DNA of 64,000 nt from Candidatus Marinacidobacterium sp. (lineage in GTDB: Bacteria; Acidobacteriota; Vicinamibacteria; Marinacidobacterales; Marinacidobacteraceae). The notes below the pieces were generated by a model, which was given only the letters and a program-made list of their open reading frames with translations, searched no databases and was not told the DNA's origin. Shown here in pieces: positions 56,069-64,000 of the stretch (positions are counted from its first letter, which is position 1; the number at the start of each line of letters is the position of its first letter). A program made the translations under genes and the position numbers. The stretch spans positions 1,280,001 to 1,344,000 of the forward strand of contig OZ242011.1 in assembly GCA_965204755.1 (NCBI GenBank), read 5' to 3'.

Positions 56069-57451
56069 TCAGCGCCTTCCCCGGACCCGGCCTCGAGCCA
56101 GGAAACCGTCGTAGTTCCGCATGATGAGTTGACTCTCCACCTGCTGGGCGGTGTCCATCGCCACGCCGACCACGATCAGGATCGAGGTCCCTCCGAAATA
56201 GAAGGTCACTCCGAGGCCTTCCGTGACGAAGGTCGGGAGTACGGAGTCCAGCCAAGCCCCGATCACCGGGATGGGGGCGACCGTGAAGCCGTTCAGCAAG
56301 AACTCGGGCAGCACCGCCACCGCCGCCAGGTAGATGGCGCCCACGAAAGTGAGGCGTCCGAGTACGGAGTCGAGGTACTGCGCCGTGGGCCGGCCCGGCC
56401 GGATGCCCGGGATATACCCTCCGCTCTTCCGCATGTTGTCCGCCACATCGGCCGGCTTGAACACGATCGCGGTGTAGAAGTAGCAGAAGAACAGGATCGC
56501 CGTCACATAGAGCAGCGTGTAGAGCGGCATCCCCCAGCGCAACTGCTCGGCGATCGCCGTCATCCACCGGCTCGCCGGGAACAACGAGGCGAAAGTCTGC
56601 GGCAGGGCGATGATCGAACTGGCGAAGATGACCGGAATCACGCCGCCGGTGTTGATCTTGAGCGGAATGTGCGTGGCCTGGCCTTGGTACATCCGGCGGC
56701 CCACGAACCGCTTGGCGTACTGCACCGGGATCCGGCGCTGACCGCGCTCGATGAACACGATGAACGCGAGCACCGCCACCATGAAGACCACCAGCAGCGC
56801 CACTCCGAGCACGCTCTGCTGGCCTACCCGGATGTTCTGCACGGTGGTGACGATCGCCGACGGGAACATGACCACGATGCCGGCGAAGATGAGGAGGGAC
56901 ATGCCGTTCCCGACGCCCCGCTCGGTGATCTGCTCGCCGATCCACATGATGAAGACCGTGCCGGCGGTCATCGTCAGCACCGTCATCAGCGTGAACCCGA
57001 GTCCGCCCTCTTCCACGAGGCGCATCCCGTCGGCGACCGTCTGGCTTTGGAGGAAGACGGCGATGCTGGCCGATTGGATCACGGCGAGGATCACCGTCCC
57101 GTAGCGGGTGTACTGGGTGATCTTCTTCCGCCCCAAATCGCCTTCCTTGCTCAGTTTCTCCAGATAGGGCCAGACCAGGGTGAGCAATTGCAGGATGATG
57201 GAGGCGCTGATGTACGGCATGATGCCCAGCGCGAACACCGTCACCTGGGACAGGTTCCCGCCGGAGAACATGTCCACGAAGCCGAACCAGGTCGCTCGGT
57301 TCTGCTCGAAGAACGCGGTGAGCGCCGTCGGATTCACTCCCGGAGTGGGAATGTGGTTGCCCAGCCGGTACACGGCCAACATGCCCAGGGTGAAGAGGAT
57401 CCGGACCCGAAGGTCCGGAATCCGGGCGATGCTGCGGAGGCTGGCGAGCAC
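56069..57451 (-). CDS. secY: Preprotein translocase SecY
   Basis: FALGIMPYISASII, GVGNGMSL, GVIPVIFASS, IPGIRPG and FGGTSILIVVGV. Confidence 0.98.
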   Translation of the reverse strand: MLASLRSIARIPDLRVRILFTLGMLAVYRLGNHIPTPGVNPTALTAFFEQNRATWFGFVDMFSGGNLSQVTVFALGIMPYISASIILQLLTLVWPYLEKLSKEGDLGRKKITQYTRYGTVILAVIQSASIAVFLQSQTVADGMRLVEEGGLGFTLMTVLTMTAGTVFIMWIGEQITERGVGNGMSLLIFAGIVVMFPSAIVTTVQNIRVGQQSVLGVALLVVFMVAVLAFIVFIERGQRRIPVQYAKRFVGRRMYQGQATHIPLKINTGGVIPVIFASSIIALPQTFASLFPASRWMTAIAEQLRWGMPLYTLLYVTAILFFCYFYTAIVFKPADVADNMRKSGGYIPGIRPGRPTAQYLDSVLGRLTFVGAIYLAAVAVLPEFLLNGFTVAPIPVIGAWLDSVLPTFVTEGLGVTFYFGGTSILIVVGVAMDTAQQVESQLIMRNYDGFLARGRVRGRR

Positions 57452-57483
57452 GACTCTCTACCGGCGGCGGCGCGGGCGCGAAG

Positions 57484-57990
57484 TCACCCCTCGGCCCCGA
57501 TCGTCTCGACGGCGCCGCCGGCGCCCTCGATCTTCCGGCGCGCCGATTCGCTGAACGCGTGCGCCCGAACCGTCAAACGGCGCGTGAGTTCCCCGTCACC
57601 GAGCACCTTGACCCGGAAACCGCGGGAACGCACGAGCACCGCCTCGCCGTCGGGCGACGAGGGGGCGTAGAGCCGGGCGCCGTGGACGAAACCGGCCGCC
57701 ACCAACTCGACCTCGGAGACGACGGCGCCGTCTTCGAACCGGTTCAGGTCCGTGAGGTTCACGATCTGGTACGGGCGGCGGAAGATGTTCGTGAAACCCC
57801 GCTTGGGAACGCGGCGGATGAGCGGCATCTGCCCGCCTTCGAAACCGCGCCGGCGGGAGTACCCGGACCGGGAGCGGGCGCCCTTGTGTCCCCGGCCCGA
57901 AGTCTTCCCCGTGCCGGAGCCGGGCCCCCGGCCGATTCGCCGGCGCGGACGCACCGCGCCGGGCGGCGGGCTCAACTCGTGAAGGCTCAC
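57484..57990 (-). CDS. rplO: 50S ribosomal protein L15
   Basis: [18 protein letters not shown] and [17 protein letters not shown]. Confidence 0.97.
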   Translation of the reverse strand: MSLHELSPPPGAVRPRRRIGRGPGSGTGKTSGRGHKGARSRSGYSRRRGFEGGQMPLIRRVPKRGFTNIFRRPYQIVNLTDLNRFEDGAVVSEVELVAAGFVHGARLYAPSSPDGEAVLVRSRGFRVKVLGDGELTRRLTVRAHAFSESARRKIEGAGGAVETIGAEG

Positions 57991-58009
57991 CGCTTCCTCC
58001 GGTCGCGCC

Positions 58010-58258
58010 TCACGCGGACTCGCCGGGCACGATCCGCACCAGGTGCGGCACCCGCGCCACCATCCCCCGAATCATCGGGGTATCCGGGCGAACCGCGACG
58101 GCGCCGATGCGCCGAAGCCCCAACCCGCGCACGACTTCCCGCTGGTACCGGGTCGCGCCGGCGAGGCCGCGGACGAGTTGCACCCGGATCCGCGGCGGCG
58201 CCGCCGGGACCGCGGTCTTGCTCCCGGCCATGTTCCCCGATCGTCCTCCGCCGCTCAC
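58010..58258 (-). CDS. rpmD: 50S ribosomal protein L30 (start may be 58231)
   Basis: GLGLRRI and [15 protein letters not shown]; gene position. Confidence 0.93.
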   Translation of the reverse strand: MSGGGRSGNMAGSKTAVPAAPPRIRVQLVRGLAGATRYQREVVRGLGLRRIGAVAVRPDTPMIRGMVARVPHLVRIVPGESA

Positions 58259-58818
58259 GCGCGCATCCGGGATTCGATCTCGGAGACCGTCTTCCCGCGG
58301 AGTTCGGCGACGCCTTCCTTGGAGCGCAGCGAGAGAAGCCCGGCCATGGTGGCCTCGACTACATTCTTGGGGTTCGAAGTGCCGATGGACTTGGTGAGGA
58401 TGTCGCGGATGCCGGCCAACTCGATCACCGCGCGCACGGCGCCTCCGGCGATCACTCCGGTTCCCTTGGAAGCCGGCTTGAGCAGCACCCGTCCGGCGCC
58501 GAAAACGCCGACGACCTCGTGGGCGATGCTGGCCCCGTCGCGCGGGATCGCGGTCAGGTTCTTCTTGGCGATCTCGATCCCCTTCTTGATGGCGGCGGGC
58601 ACTTCCCGCGCCTTGCCGAGACCGAAACCCACCCGACCGTCCTCGTTGCCCACGACCACCAAGGCCGAAAACGACAGGTTCTTGCCGCCCTTCACGACCT
58701 TGGTCACCCGGTTGATGGAGACCACCTTGTCCTTGAGGTCCGGGTCGCCGGTGCGTTCGAGTTGGGTGTTCCGCGGCGTCCGGGGCCCGCGGCGAGTCGG
58801 GTCCGGGGCAGTCAGCAC
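58255..58818 (-). CDS. rpsE: 30S ribosomal protein S5
   Basis: [20 protein letters not shown] and [12 protein letters not shown]. Confidence 0.97.
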   Translation of the reverse strand: MLTAPDPTRRGPRTPRNTQLERTGDPDLKDKVVSINRVTKVVKGGKNLSFSALVVVGNEDGRVGFGLGKAREVPAAIKKGIEIAKKNLTAIPRDGASIAHEVVGVFGAGRVLLKPASKGTGVIAGGAVRAVIELAGIRDILTKSIGTSNPKNVVEATMAGLLSLRSKEGVAELRGKTVSEIESRMRA

Positions 58819-59165
58819 GAGACGCCTCCCTCGCGCACGGCGTCGGCGAGGGCCTTCACCCGGCCGTGGTACTTCGACCCGCCCCGGTCGAACACGACCC
58901 TCGTGACTCCGAGGGCCCGCGCCCGCTCGGCCAGCACGGCGCCCACGCGGGCGGCGCCGGCGGAGGCGCCGCCCGCCTCCATACCGCTCTCGCGGCTTCC
59001 GGCCGCCGCGAGAGTCCGCCCGGAGTCGTCATCGATGACCTGGGCGTAGATGTGGCGGAGCGAGCGGAACACGGCGAGCCGCGGCCGCTCGGCCGTGCCG
59101 GTGATCTTGCGGCGGATCCGGGCATGTCTGCGCCGGCGGGCGGCGCTTCGGGTCAGGGGTCGCAT
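58812..59165 (-). CDS. rplR: 50S ribosomal protein L18
   Basis: [15 protein letters not shown] and VVFDRGG.KYHGRV. Confidence 0.97.
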   Translation of the reverse strand: MRPLTRSAARRRRHARIRRKITGTAERPRLAVFRSLRHIYAQVIDDDSGRTLAAAGSRESGMEAGGASAGAARVGAVLAERARALGVTRVVFDRGGSKYHGRVKALADAVREGGVSC

Positions 59166-59186
59166 GGATGCGTCGTGCCTCGAGCG

Positions 59187-59720
59187 TCAGGCGCCGGTCT
59201 TGCCGGCCTTCTTGATCAGGCGTTCGCCCGTATAGCGGACGCCCTTTTGCTTGTACGGGTCGGGCTTCCGAAGCGCGCGCATCTTCGCCGCCACTTGGCC
59301 GACGGCCTGTTTGTCGAACCCGGACACCACGATGTGGGTGTTCTTCTCCACCTGCACCTCCACGCCGGCAGGAAGTTCGATCTCGACCGGATGGGAGAAA
59401 CCGAGGGCGAATGCGACCTTGCGGCCTTCCACGCGCGCCCGGTACCCGACGCCCACGATGTCGAGTTCCTTCTTGAAGCCCTCGGAGACGCCGGTCACCG
59501 CGTTCGCGAGCAGGGCGCGCGCCAGCCCCCAGCGCGCCCGGTCCGTATTCCCCTCGGCGAGCGAGGTCCGAAGCGTCCCGTTCTCGTGCTCCACCCGAAT
59601 TCCGGACGGGACCGGCGTGACCAGCGACCCCTGCGGGCCGCGAACCGAGACCTCCGACCCCCGGACGGAGACTTCGACCCCGGCCGGGATCGCAATCGGT
59701 TTGGCGCCGACTCTGGACAT
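59187..59720 (-). CDS. rplF: 50S ribosomal protein L6
   Basis: MSRVG..PI, GVGYRA, LGFSHP and PDPYKQKGVRY. Confidence 0.97.
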   Translation of the reverse strand: MSRVGAKPIAIPAGVEVSVRGSEVSVRGPQGSLVTPVPSGIRVEHENGTLRTSLAEGNTDRARWGLARALLANAVTGVSEGFKKELDIVGVGYRARVEGRKVAFALGFSHPVEIELPAGVEVQVEKNTHIVVSGFDKQAVGQVAAKMRALRKPDPYKQKGVRYTGERLIKKAGKTGA

Positions 59721-59736
59721 CGCTCGTAACCCGGTT

Positions 59737-60132
59737 CTACCAGACGCGGCACAGCACTTCGCCGCCCACGCGCAGGCGGCGCGCCTGGTCGCCGGTCATG
59801 ACGCCGCGCGAAGTCGAGAGGATGGTGATTCCGAGACCGCCCTGCGTGCGCGGGATGCGGTCGTACGACACATACACCCGGGTTCCCGGGCGGGAGACGC
59901 GGTCGAGTCCGGTGAGCGCGTCGCGGCGCCCCGGAAGCCGGCGCAACTCGATGCGCAGCGAGGCCTGCGGACTTCCTTCCCGGCGCTCCCAACCGTCCAC
60001 ATACCCCTCCTCGTGCAGGATGCGGGCGATCTCCTGCTTCACGCGGGAAGCGGGGACCTCCACGGAGTCGTGGCGGGCGAGGATCGCGTTCCGGATGCGC
60101 GTGAGCATGTCGGAGATGGGGTCAGACCACAC
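59737..60132 (-). CDS. rpsH: 30S ribosomal protein S8
   Basis: DPISDMLTRIRNA, SRPG.RVY, STSRGVMT and GGEVLC.VW. Confidence 0.97.
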   Translation of the reverse strand: MWSDPISDMLTRIRNAILARHDSVEVPASRVKQEIARILHEEGYVDGWERREGSPQASLRIELRRLPGRRDALTGLDRVSRPGTRVYVSYDRIPRTQGGLGITILSTSRGVMTGDQARRLRVGGEVLCRVW

Positions 60133-60144
60133 GGGACTTCCCTC

Positions 60145-60330
60145 CTACCAACTCGCCTTGATGACGCCCGGAATCTCTCCGGCGAGCGCCAATTTGCGGA
60201 AACACAGGCGGCACAGCCCGAACTTGCGCAAGTAAGCGCGGGGGCGTCCGCAGTTCAGGCAGCGGTTGTACCGGCGCACGGAGAACCGAGGCCGGGCTTT
60301 CGCCTTGGCGATCAACGATTTCTTGGCCAA
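60145..60330 (-). CDS. rpsN: 30S ribosomal protein S14, short Zn-binding type Z
   Basis: RCLNCGRP...[11 protein letters not shown] and GEIPGV.KASW; TTG at 60330 gives 61 aa. Confidence 0.97.
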   Translation of the reverse strand: MAKKSLIAKAKARPRFSVRRYNRCLNCGRPRAYLRKFGLCRLCFRKLALAGEIPGVIKASW

Positions 60331-60364
60331 AGGAGTGTCTCCCGATTCGCGAGGCTCGAGGCGC

Positions 60365-60913
60365 TCAGGCGTCACTCCGGGCGAACGGCATGCCGAATCC
60401 CCGGAGCAGCGCCCGCGCCTCGCTGTCGGTGGCCGCCGTGGTGCACATGGTCACATTCATCCCGCGAATCGCCTCGATCTGCGAGTAGTCGATCTCGGGG
60501 AACACCGACTGGTCGGTGAGGCCGAGCGTGTAGTTGCCCCTTCCGTCGAACGCCCGGTCGGAGACGCCGCGAAAGTCGTGCACCCTCGGCAGCGCGATGT
60601 TGATGAGCCGGTCCAGGAACTCGTACATCCGCACCCCGCGGAGCGTGACGCGGGCGCCCACCGGCATCCCGTCCCGGATCTTGAAGTTGGCGATGGACTT
60701 CCGGGCGCGGGTGACCACCGGACGCTGCCCGGTGATCGCCGACAAGTCGGACACCGCCGCTTCGATCAACTTGTGCTCCCGCGCGCCGTCGCCGACGCCC
60801 ATGTTGACGACGACCTTGGTCAGTCGGGGCACCGCGTGGACATTGCCGATGGACAGTTGCTCCCGGAGGCCCGGCGCGATCTCGTCGCGGTACCGGTCGC
60901 GCAGGCGGCTCAT
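60365..60913 (-). CDS. rplE: 50S ribosomal protein L5
   Basis: [15 protein letters not shown] and [17 protein letters not shown]. Confidence 0.98.
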   Translation of the reverse strand: MSRLRDRYRDEIAPGLREQLSIGNVHAVPRLTKVVVNMGVGDGAREHKLIEAAVSDLSAITGQRPVVTRARKSIANFKIRDGMPVGARVTLRGVRMYEFLDRLINIALPRVHDFRGVSDRAFDGRGNYTLGLTDQSVFPEIDYSQIEAIRGMNVTMCTTAATDSEARALLRGFGMPFARSDA

Positions 60914-61254
60914 CGGTCGAGGACTCCCTCGGACCTGACGCTCACGCGCACCTTGCGCCCGTCGCTCAGCCGCGTGCGGCGGATACGGGTGGGCGCGTTC
61001 GTCTCCGGATCCACCAGCATCACATTGCTCACCGCGACGGGCGCCTCGCGCTCGACCACGCCGCCCTTGATGTTCTGACGGGGATTCGCCTTGGTGTGGC
61101 GCCGGATCAGGTGCACGCCCTCGACCAGCACGCGGCCCGTCTCGGGAAACACCCGGAGGACGCGGCCGCGCTTCCCGATGTCGCTGCCCGCCATGATTTG
61201 GACCATGTCGTCCTTCTTCACATGCAGGCGAGTTCGTTCGCCGCGCCCGCCCAT
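60910..61254 (-). CDS. rplX: 50S ribosomal protein L24
   Basis: VKKDD.V.I.AG.D.GKRG, VLVEGV and EAPVAVSNV; ATG at 61254. Confidence 0.96.
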   Translation of the reverse strand: MGGRGERTRLHVKKDDMVQIMAGSDIGKRGRVLRVFPETGRVLVEGVHLIRRHTKANPRQNIKGGVVEREAPVAVSNVMLVDPETNAPTRIRRTRLSDGRKVRVSVRSEGVLDR

Positions 61255-61256
61255 CT

Positions 61257-61625
61257 TCAGAGGACCTCGGGCGCCAGCGAGACGATCTTCATGAACTGCC
61301 GCTCCCGGAGTTCCCGGGCCACCGGCCCGAAGACGCGCGTTCCGGTCGGTTCCCGCGCTTCGTTGATCAAGACGGCGGCGTTGTCGCCGAACCGGATGTA
61401 GGAGCCGTCGGACCTCCGATGCTCCTTCCGGGTGCGCACGATGACCGCGCGGACGACGGCGCCCTTCTTGACGGCGCTCCCCGGCGCCGCTTCGCGGACC
61501 GAGGCCGTGATGACATCGCCGAGCCGCGCGACCCGCCCCACGCCGCCCCCGAGGGGCAGGATGCAGGTGACGCGGCGAGCGCCGGAGTTGTCGGCGACCT
61601 GGAGAACCGACTGCATCTGGATCAT
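61257..61625 (-). CDS. rplN: 50S ribosomal protein L14
   Basis: [29 protein letters not shown] and [10 protein letters not shown]. Confidence 0.98.
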   Translation of the reverse strand: MIQMQSVLQVADNSGARRVTCILPLGGGVGRVARLGDVITASVREAAPGSAVKKGAVVRAVIVRTRKEHRRSDGSYIRFGDNAAVLINEAREPTGTRVFGPVARELRERQFMKIVSLAPEVL

Positions 61626-61867
61626 GTCGCGCGCTCCAAGACTTCGAGCAGGCGCCAGCGCTTGGTCCTGGACAGCGGCCGGCACTCCTCGATCCGCACG
61701 CGGTCGCCGAGGCGGCCCTCGTTCCTCTCGTCATGCACCGCGAACTGCGAGGACTTGCGGTAGCGCCGCTTGTAGAGCGGATGCTGCACCAACCGTTCGA
61801 CGCGAACGGTGATGGTCTTGTCCGCTCGGTTCGCCACGACGGTTCCGGTTCGGATCAGTTTCGGCAT
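61622..61867 (-). CDS. rpsQ: 30S ribosomal protein S17
   Basis: DKTITV, HPLYK, HDE.N and [15 protein letters not shown]; ATG at 61867. Confidence 0.97.
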   Translation of the reverse strand: MPKLIRTGTVVANRADKTITVRVERLVQHPLYKRRYRKSSQFAVHDERNEGRLGDRVRIEECRPLSRTKRWRLLEVLERAT

Positions 61868-61913
61868 GTTCGATCTTCCAGAAGGGAGCGGAGTCTTTCG
61901 GCGCCTTCGACGC

Positions 61914-62153
61914 TCAGTCTCCGTTCGCTTCGGGCGCCGCATCCGCGGGCGCTTCCGAGGCGATCTTCAGGCGGCGGCCGCGGGAGATCGTCTTGAGCCG
62001 GGCCAAGTCCCGCCGGAGCGCCTTCACCTTGTGCGTGTGCCCCAACTGCCCGGTCGCCGCCTCGAGCCGGGCGTCGAAGAGTTCCCGAGTGGCCTCGGTG
62101 AGTTTCCGTTCCAACTCCTCGTGGCTCAACTCGCGGATCTCCTTGGCCTTCAT
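61914..62153 (-). CDS. rpmC: 50S ribosomal protein L29
   Basis: [17 protein letters not shown] and RRDLARLKT; gene position. Confidence 0.96.
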   Translation of the reverse strand: MKAKEIRELSHEELERKLTEATRELFDARLEAATGQLGHTHKVKALRRDLARLKTISRGRRLKIASEAPADAAPEANGD

Positions 62154-62572
62154 GTCGTTCCCCGCTCGAAACGGGTGACGAAACGCGTCGCCACGGGCAA
62201 CTTGTGGCCGGCCAGACGCATGGCCTCGACCGCCTGCTCCTCCGGGACACCTTCGATCTCGAACAGGATGCGTCCCGGGCGGACGACCGCCACCCAGCCC
62301 TCGGGGCCGCCCTTCCCCTTGCCCATGCGGGTCTCCTGCGGCTTCTTGGTGAACGGCTTGTCCGGGAAGATGCGGATCCAGAGGCGGCCGCTGCGACGGA
62401 CGAAGCGCGTGATGGCCACTCGCGCGGATTCGATCTGGCGGTTGCTGATCCACCCCGGCTCCAGCGTCTTGAGCCCGTAGTCGCCGAAGGCGACGGTCTG
62501 CCCGGTCCAGGACTTGCCCTTCATCCGCCCGCGCTGCTGCTTGCGGTAGCGGGTCTTTTTCGGCTGAAGCAC
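62150..62572 (-). CDS. rplP: 50S ribosomal protein L16
   Basis: RQIESAR and [23 protein letters not shown]. Confidence 0.98.
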   Translation of the reverse strand: MLQPKKTRYRKQQRGRMKGKSWTGQTVAFGDYGLKTLEPGWISNRQIESARVAITRFVRRSGRLWIRIFPDKPFTKKPQETRMGKGKGGPEGWVAVVRPGRILFEIEGVPEEQAVEAMRLAGHKLPVATRFVTRFERGTT

Positions 62573-62587
62573 GAGGGCGGTTCCTCC

Positions 62588-63325
62588 CTACTCCGCCGGC
62601 GGGGCGGCTTCCGCTTCGGCCGGGCCGGCGGGCCGGCGGACGGGGTCCGGGCGTTGGGGCGACTCGGGGCGCTCCCGAATCTCCGGACGCGACCGGCCTC
62701 CCGGATCTCCCTCGCCCCGATAGATCCAGCACTTGACGCCGATCTGTCCGTAGGTGGTGAACGCTTCGGCAAGCCCGTACTCGATGTCCGCGCGCAGGGT
62801 GTGGAGCGGCAGTTGCCCTTCCAGATACCACTCCGAGCGGGCGATGTCCGCGCCGTTCAACCGTCCGGCGCAGCGGATGCGGACACCTCTCGCGCCGTTG
62901 CGCATCGTGTTCTCGACCGCCTTGCGCATGGCTCGGCGGAAGGCGATCCGCTTCTCGAGTTGCAGCGCGATGGACTCGGCGACGAGTTGGGGATCGAGTT
63001 CCGGCTTGATGACCTCGAGCGGTCGGATGTGGACTTCCTTGCCGGTCCGGCGGCGCAGGTCGCGGGTCAGTTTCTCGACCTCGGTCCCCTTGCGGCCGAT
63101 GATGATTCCCGGGCGGGAGGTGTAGATGTAGATGTTGAGTTTGTTGCCGGGGCGTTCGATCTCCACCCGCGAGATCCCGGCGTGGTAGAGCCGCTTCTTG
63201 AGCAGCCGACGCAACTGCAGGTCTTCGTGGAGCGCGTCCCGGTACGAAGCCGAGGCGAACCAGCGCGAGCGCCAGGTCTTGGTGTAGCCCAGCCGGAAAC
63301 CGCGCGGATGAACCTTCTGACCCAT
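62588..63325 (-). CDS. rpsC: 30S ribosomal protein S3
   Basis: [32 protein letters not shown] and PLHTLRADI. Confidence 0.98.
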   Translation of the reverse strand: MGQKVHPRGFRLGYTKTWRSRWFASASYRDALHEDLQLRRLLKKRLYHAGISRVEIERPGNKLNIYIYTSRPGIIIGRKGTEVEKLTRDLRRRTGKEVHIRPLEVIKPELDPQLVAESIALQLEKRIAFRRAMRKAVENTMRNGARGVRIRCAGRLNGADIARSEWYLEGQLPLHTLRADIEYGLAEAFTTYGQIGVKCWIYRGEGDPGGRSRPEIRERPESPQRPDPVRRPAGPAEAEAAPPAE

Positions 63326-63327
63326 GC

Positions 63328-63687
63328 CTAGTCCTCGTCTTCCGCGGTGACCCGAATCCGGTAGTGCGTCGTCCGCCGCCGGATCCGGCGCATTCGGGTG
63401 CGGCGGCCGCTCCGCGCGATCGTCCGCGCCGGGCCCCCGTCGGCGACGGCTTCGGCGACGACGAGTCGGTCCTCGTCGAGGCGCCGCGCTTCCTGGAGAG
63501 CCTTGGTCTGCGCATTGGCGATCGCCGAACGGAGGACCTTCTCGATGATCGGCGCCGCTCTCCGATTGGTGTTCCGGAGCACGGCGATGGCGTCCACGGC
63601 CTTCTTGTTCCTGATCAAGTCGAGCACCAACCGCGCCTTCTGGACCGATCCCGGAACCGCGGTAGCCCGCGCCACGGCCTCGATCAT
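63328..63687 (-). CDS. rplV: 50S ribosomal protein L22 (divergent)
   Basis: [20 protein letters not shown] and D.GP...RTTH; lies between rpsS and rpsC. Confidence 0.95.
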   Translation of the reverse strand: MIEAVARATAVPGSVQKARLVLDLIRNKKAVDAIAVLRNTNRRAAPIIEKVLRSAIANAQTKALQEARRLDEDRLVVAEAVADGGPARTIARSGRRTRMRRIRRRTTHYRIRVTAEDED

Positions 63688-63968
63688 CTCCGGGCTCCGG
63701 CCTTCTCGGTCTTCACCTTGTGCCCCTTGAAGGTGCGGGTGGGCGAGAACTCGCCCAACTTGTGGCCGACCATGGTGTCGGTCACATAGACCGGAATGAA
63801 CTTCCGTCCGTTGTGAACGGCGAAAGTGAGCCCCACCATCTGCGGCACGATCATGGAGCGTCGGGACCAGGTCTTGATGATGGTCTGGCGGCGCGCGGTG
63901 ATCGCGTCTTCCACCTTGCGGAGGAGGCTCTCCTCGATGTAGGGCCCCTTGTGTCGTGAGCGCGGCAT
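63684..63968 (-). CDS. rpsS: 30S ribosomal protein S19
   Basis: KTWSRRS, HNGRKF and [13 protein letters not shown]. Confidence 0.98.
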   Translation of the reverse strand: MPRSRHKGPYIEESLLRKVEDAITARRQTIIKTWSRRSMIVPQMVGLTFAVHNGRKFIPVYVTDTMVGHKLGEFSPTRTFKGHKVKTEKAGARR

Positions 63969-64000
63969 GTCTTCCTCGACTCGTTCTTCCTCGACTCGTC

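Overview
High-GC bacterial chromosomal window. The Oar-like TonB receptor, sulfatase-TPR fusion and GldA/F/G-like ABC locus suggest Acidobacteriota, possibly a marine-invertebrate symbiont (inference only). The right-hand 12.5 kb is the canonical S10-spc-alpha ribosomal protein cluster on the minus strand (rpsS to rplQ, with secY, adk, map, infA and rpoA). The rest is mixed: alpha-E/transglutaminase, an RsbW/RsbV-like pair, a Gld-like ABC locus, a small cytochrome b/c module, ALDH7, a TonB-dependent receptor, Dcp peptidase, a MacAB-like exporter, an SSS/GNAT/aminotransferase operon, degenerate pilMNO-like genes and an EF-G paralogue. Stand-alone accessory genes are scattered through it: AAA-DUF4143, a coiled-coil PD-(D/E)XK protein, Fic-wHTH and a ~2030-aa STAND-like ATPase. 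I saw no rRNA, tRNA, CRISPR array, integrase or transposase. The most notable unexplained signals are: (1) a ~330-bp array of 12-bp-phased GGACA/TGACA boxes with IHF-like AT tracts in front of a leaderless Fic-wHTH gene; (2) the giant orphan STAND-like ATPase directly behind a hairpin-rich MITE-like element whose partial second copy brackets the EF-G paralogue; (3) near-complete absence of ACGT and AGCT with the C-to-T decay products in their place; (4) a rewritten uL22 exit-tunnel loop; (5) an orphan protein ending in a eukaryotic P-stalk-like tail; (6) overlapping bidirectional -10 boxes, leaderless genes and probable CTG starts. All motif counts were made by eye.
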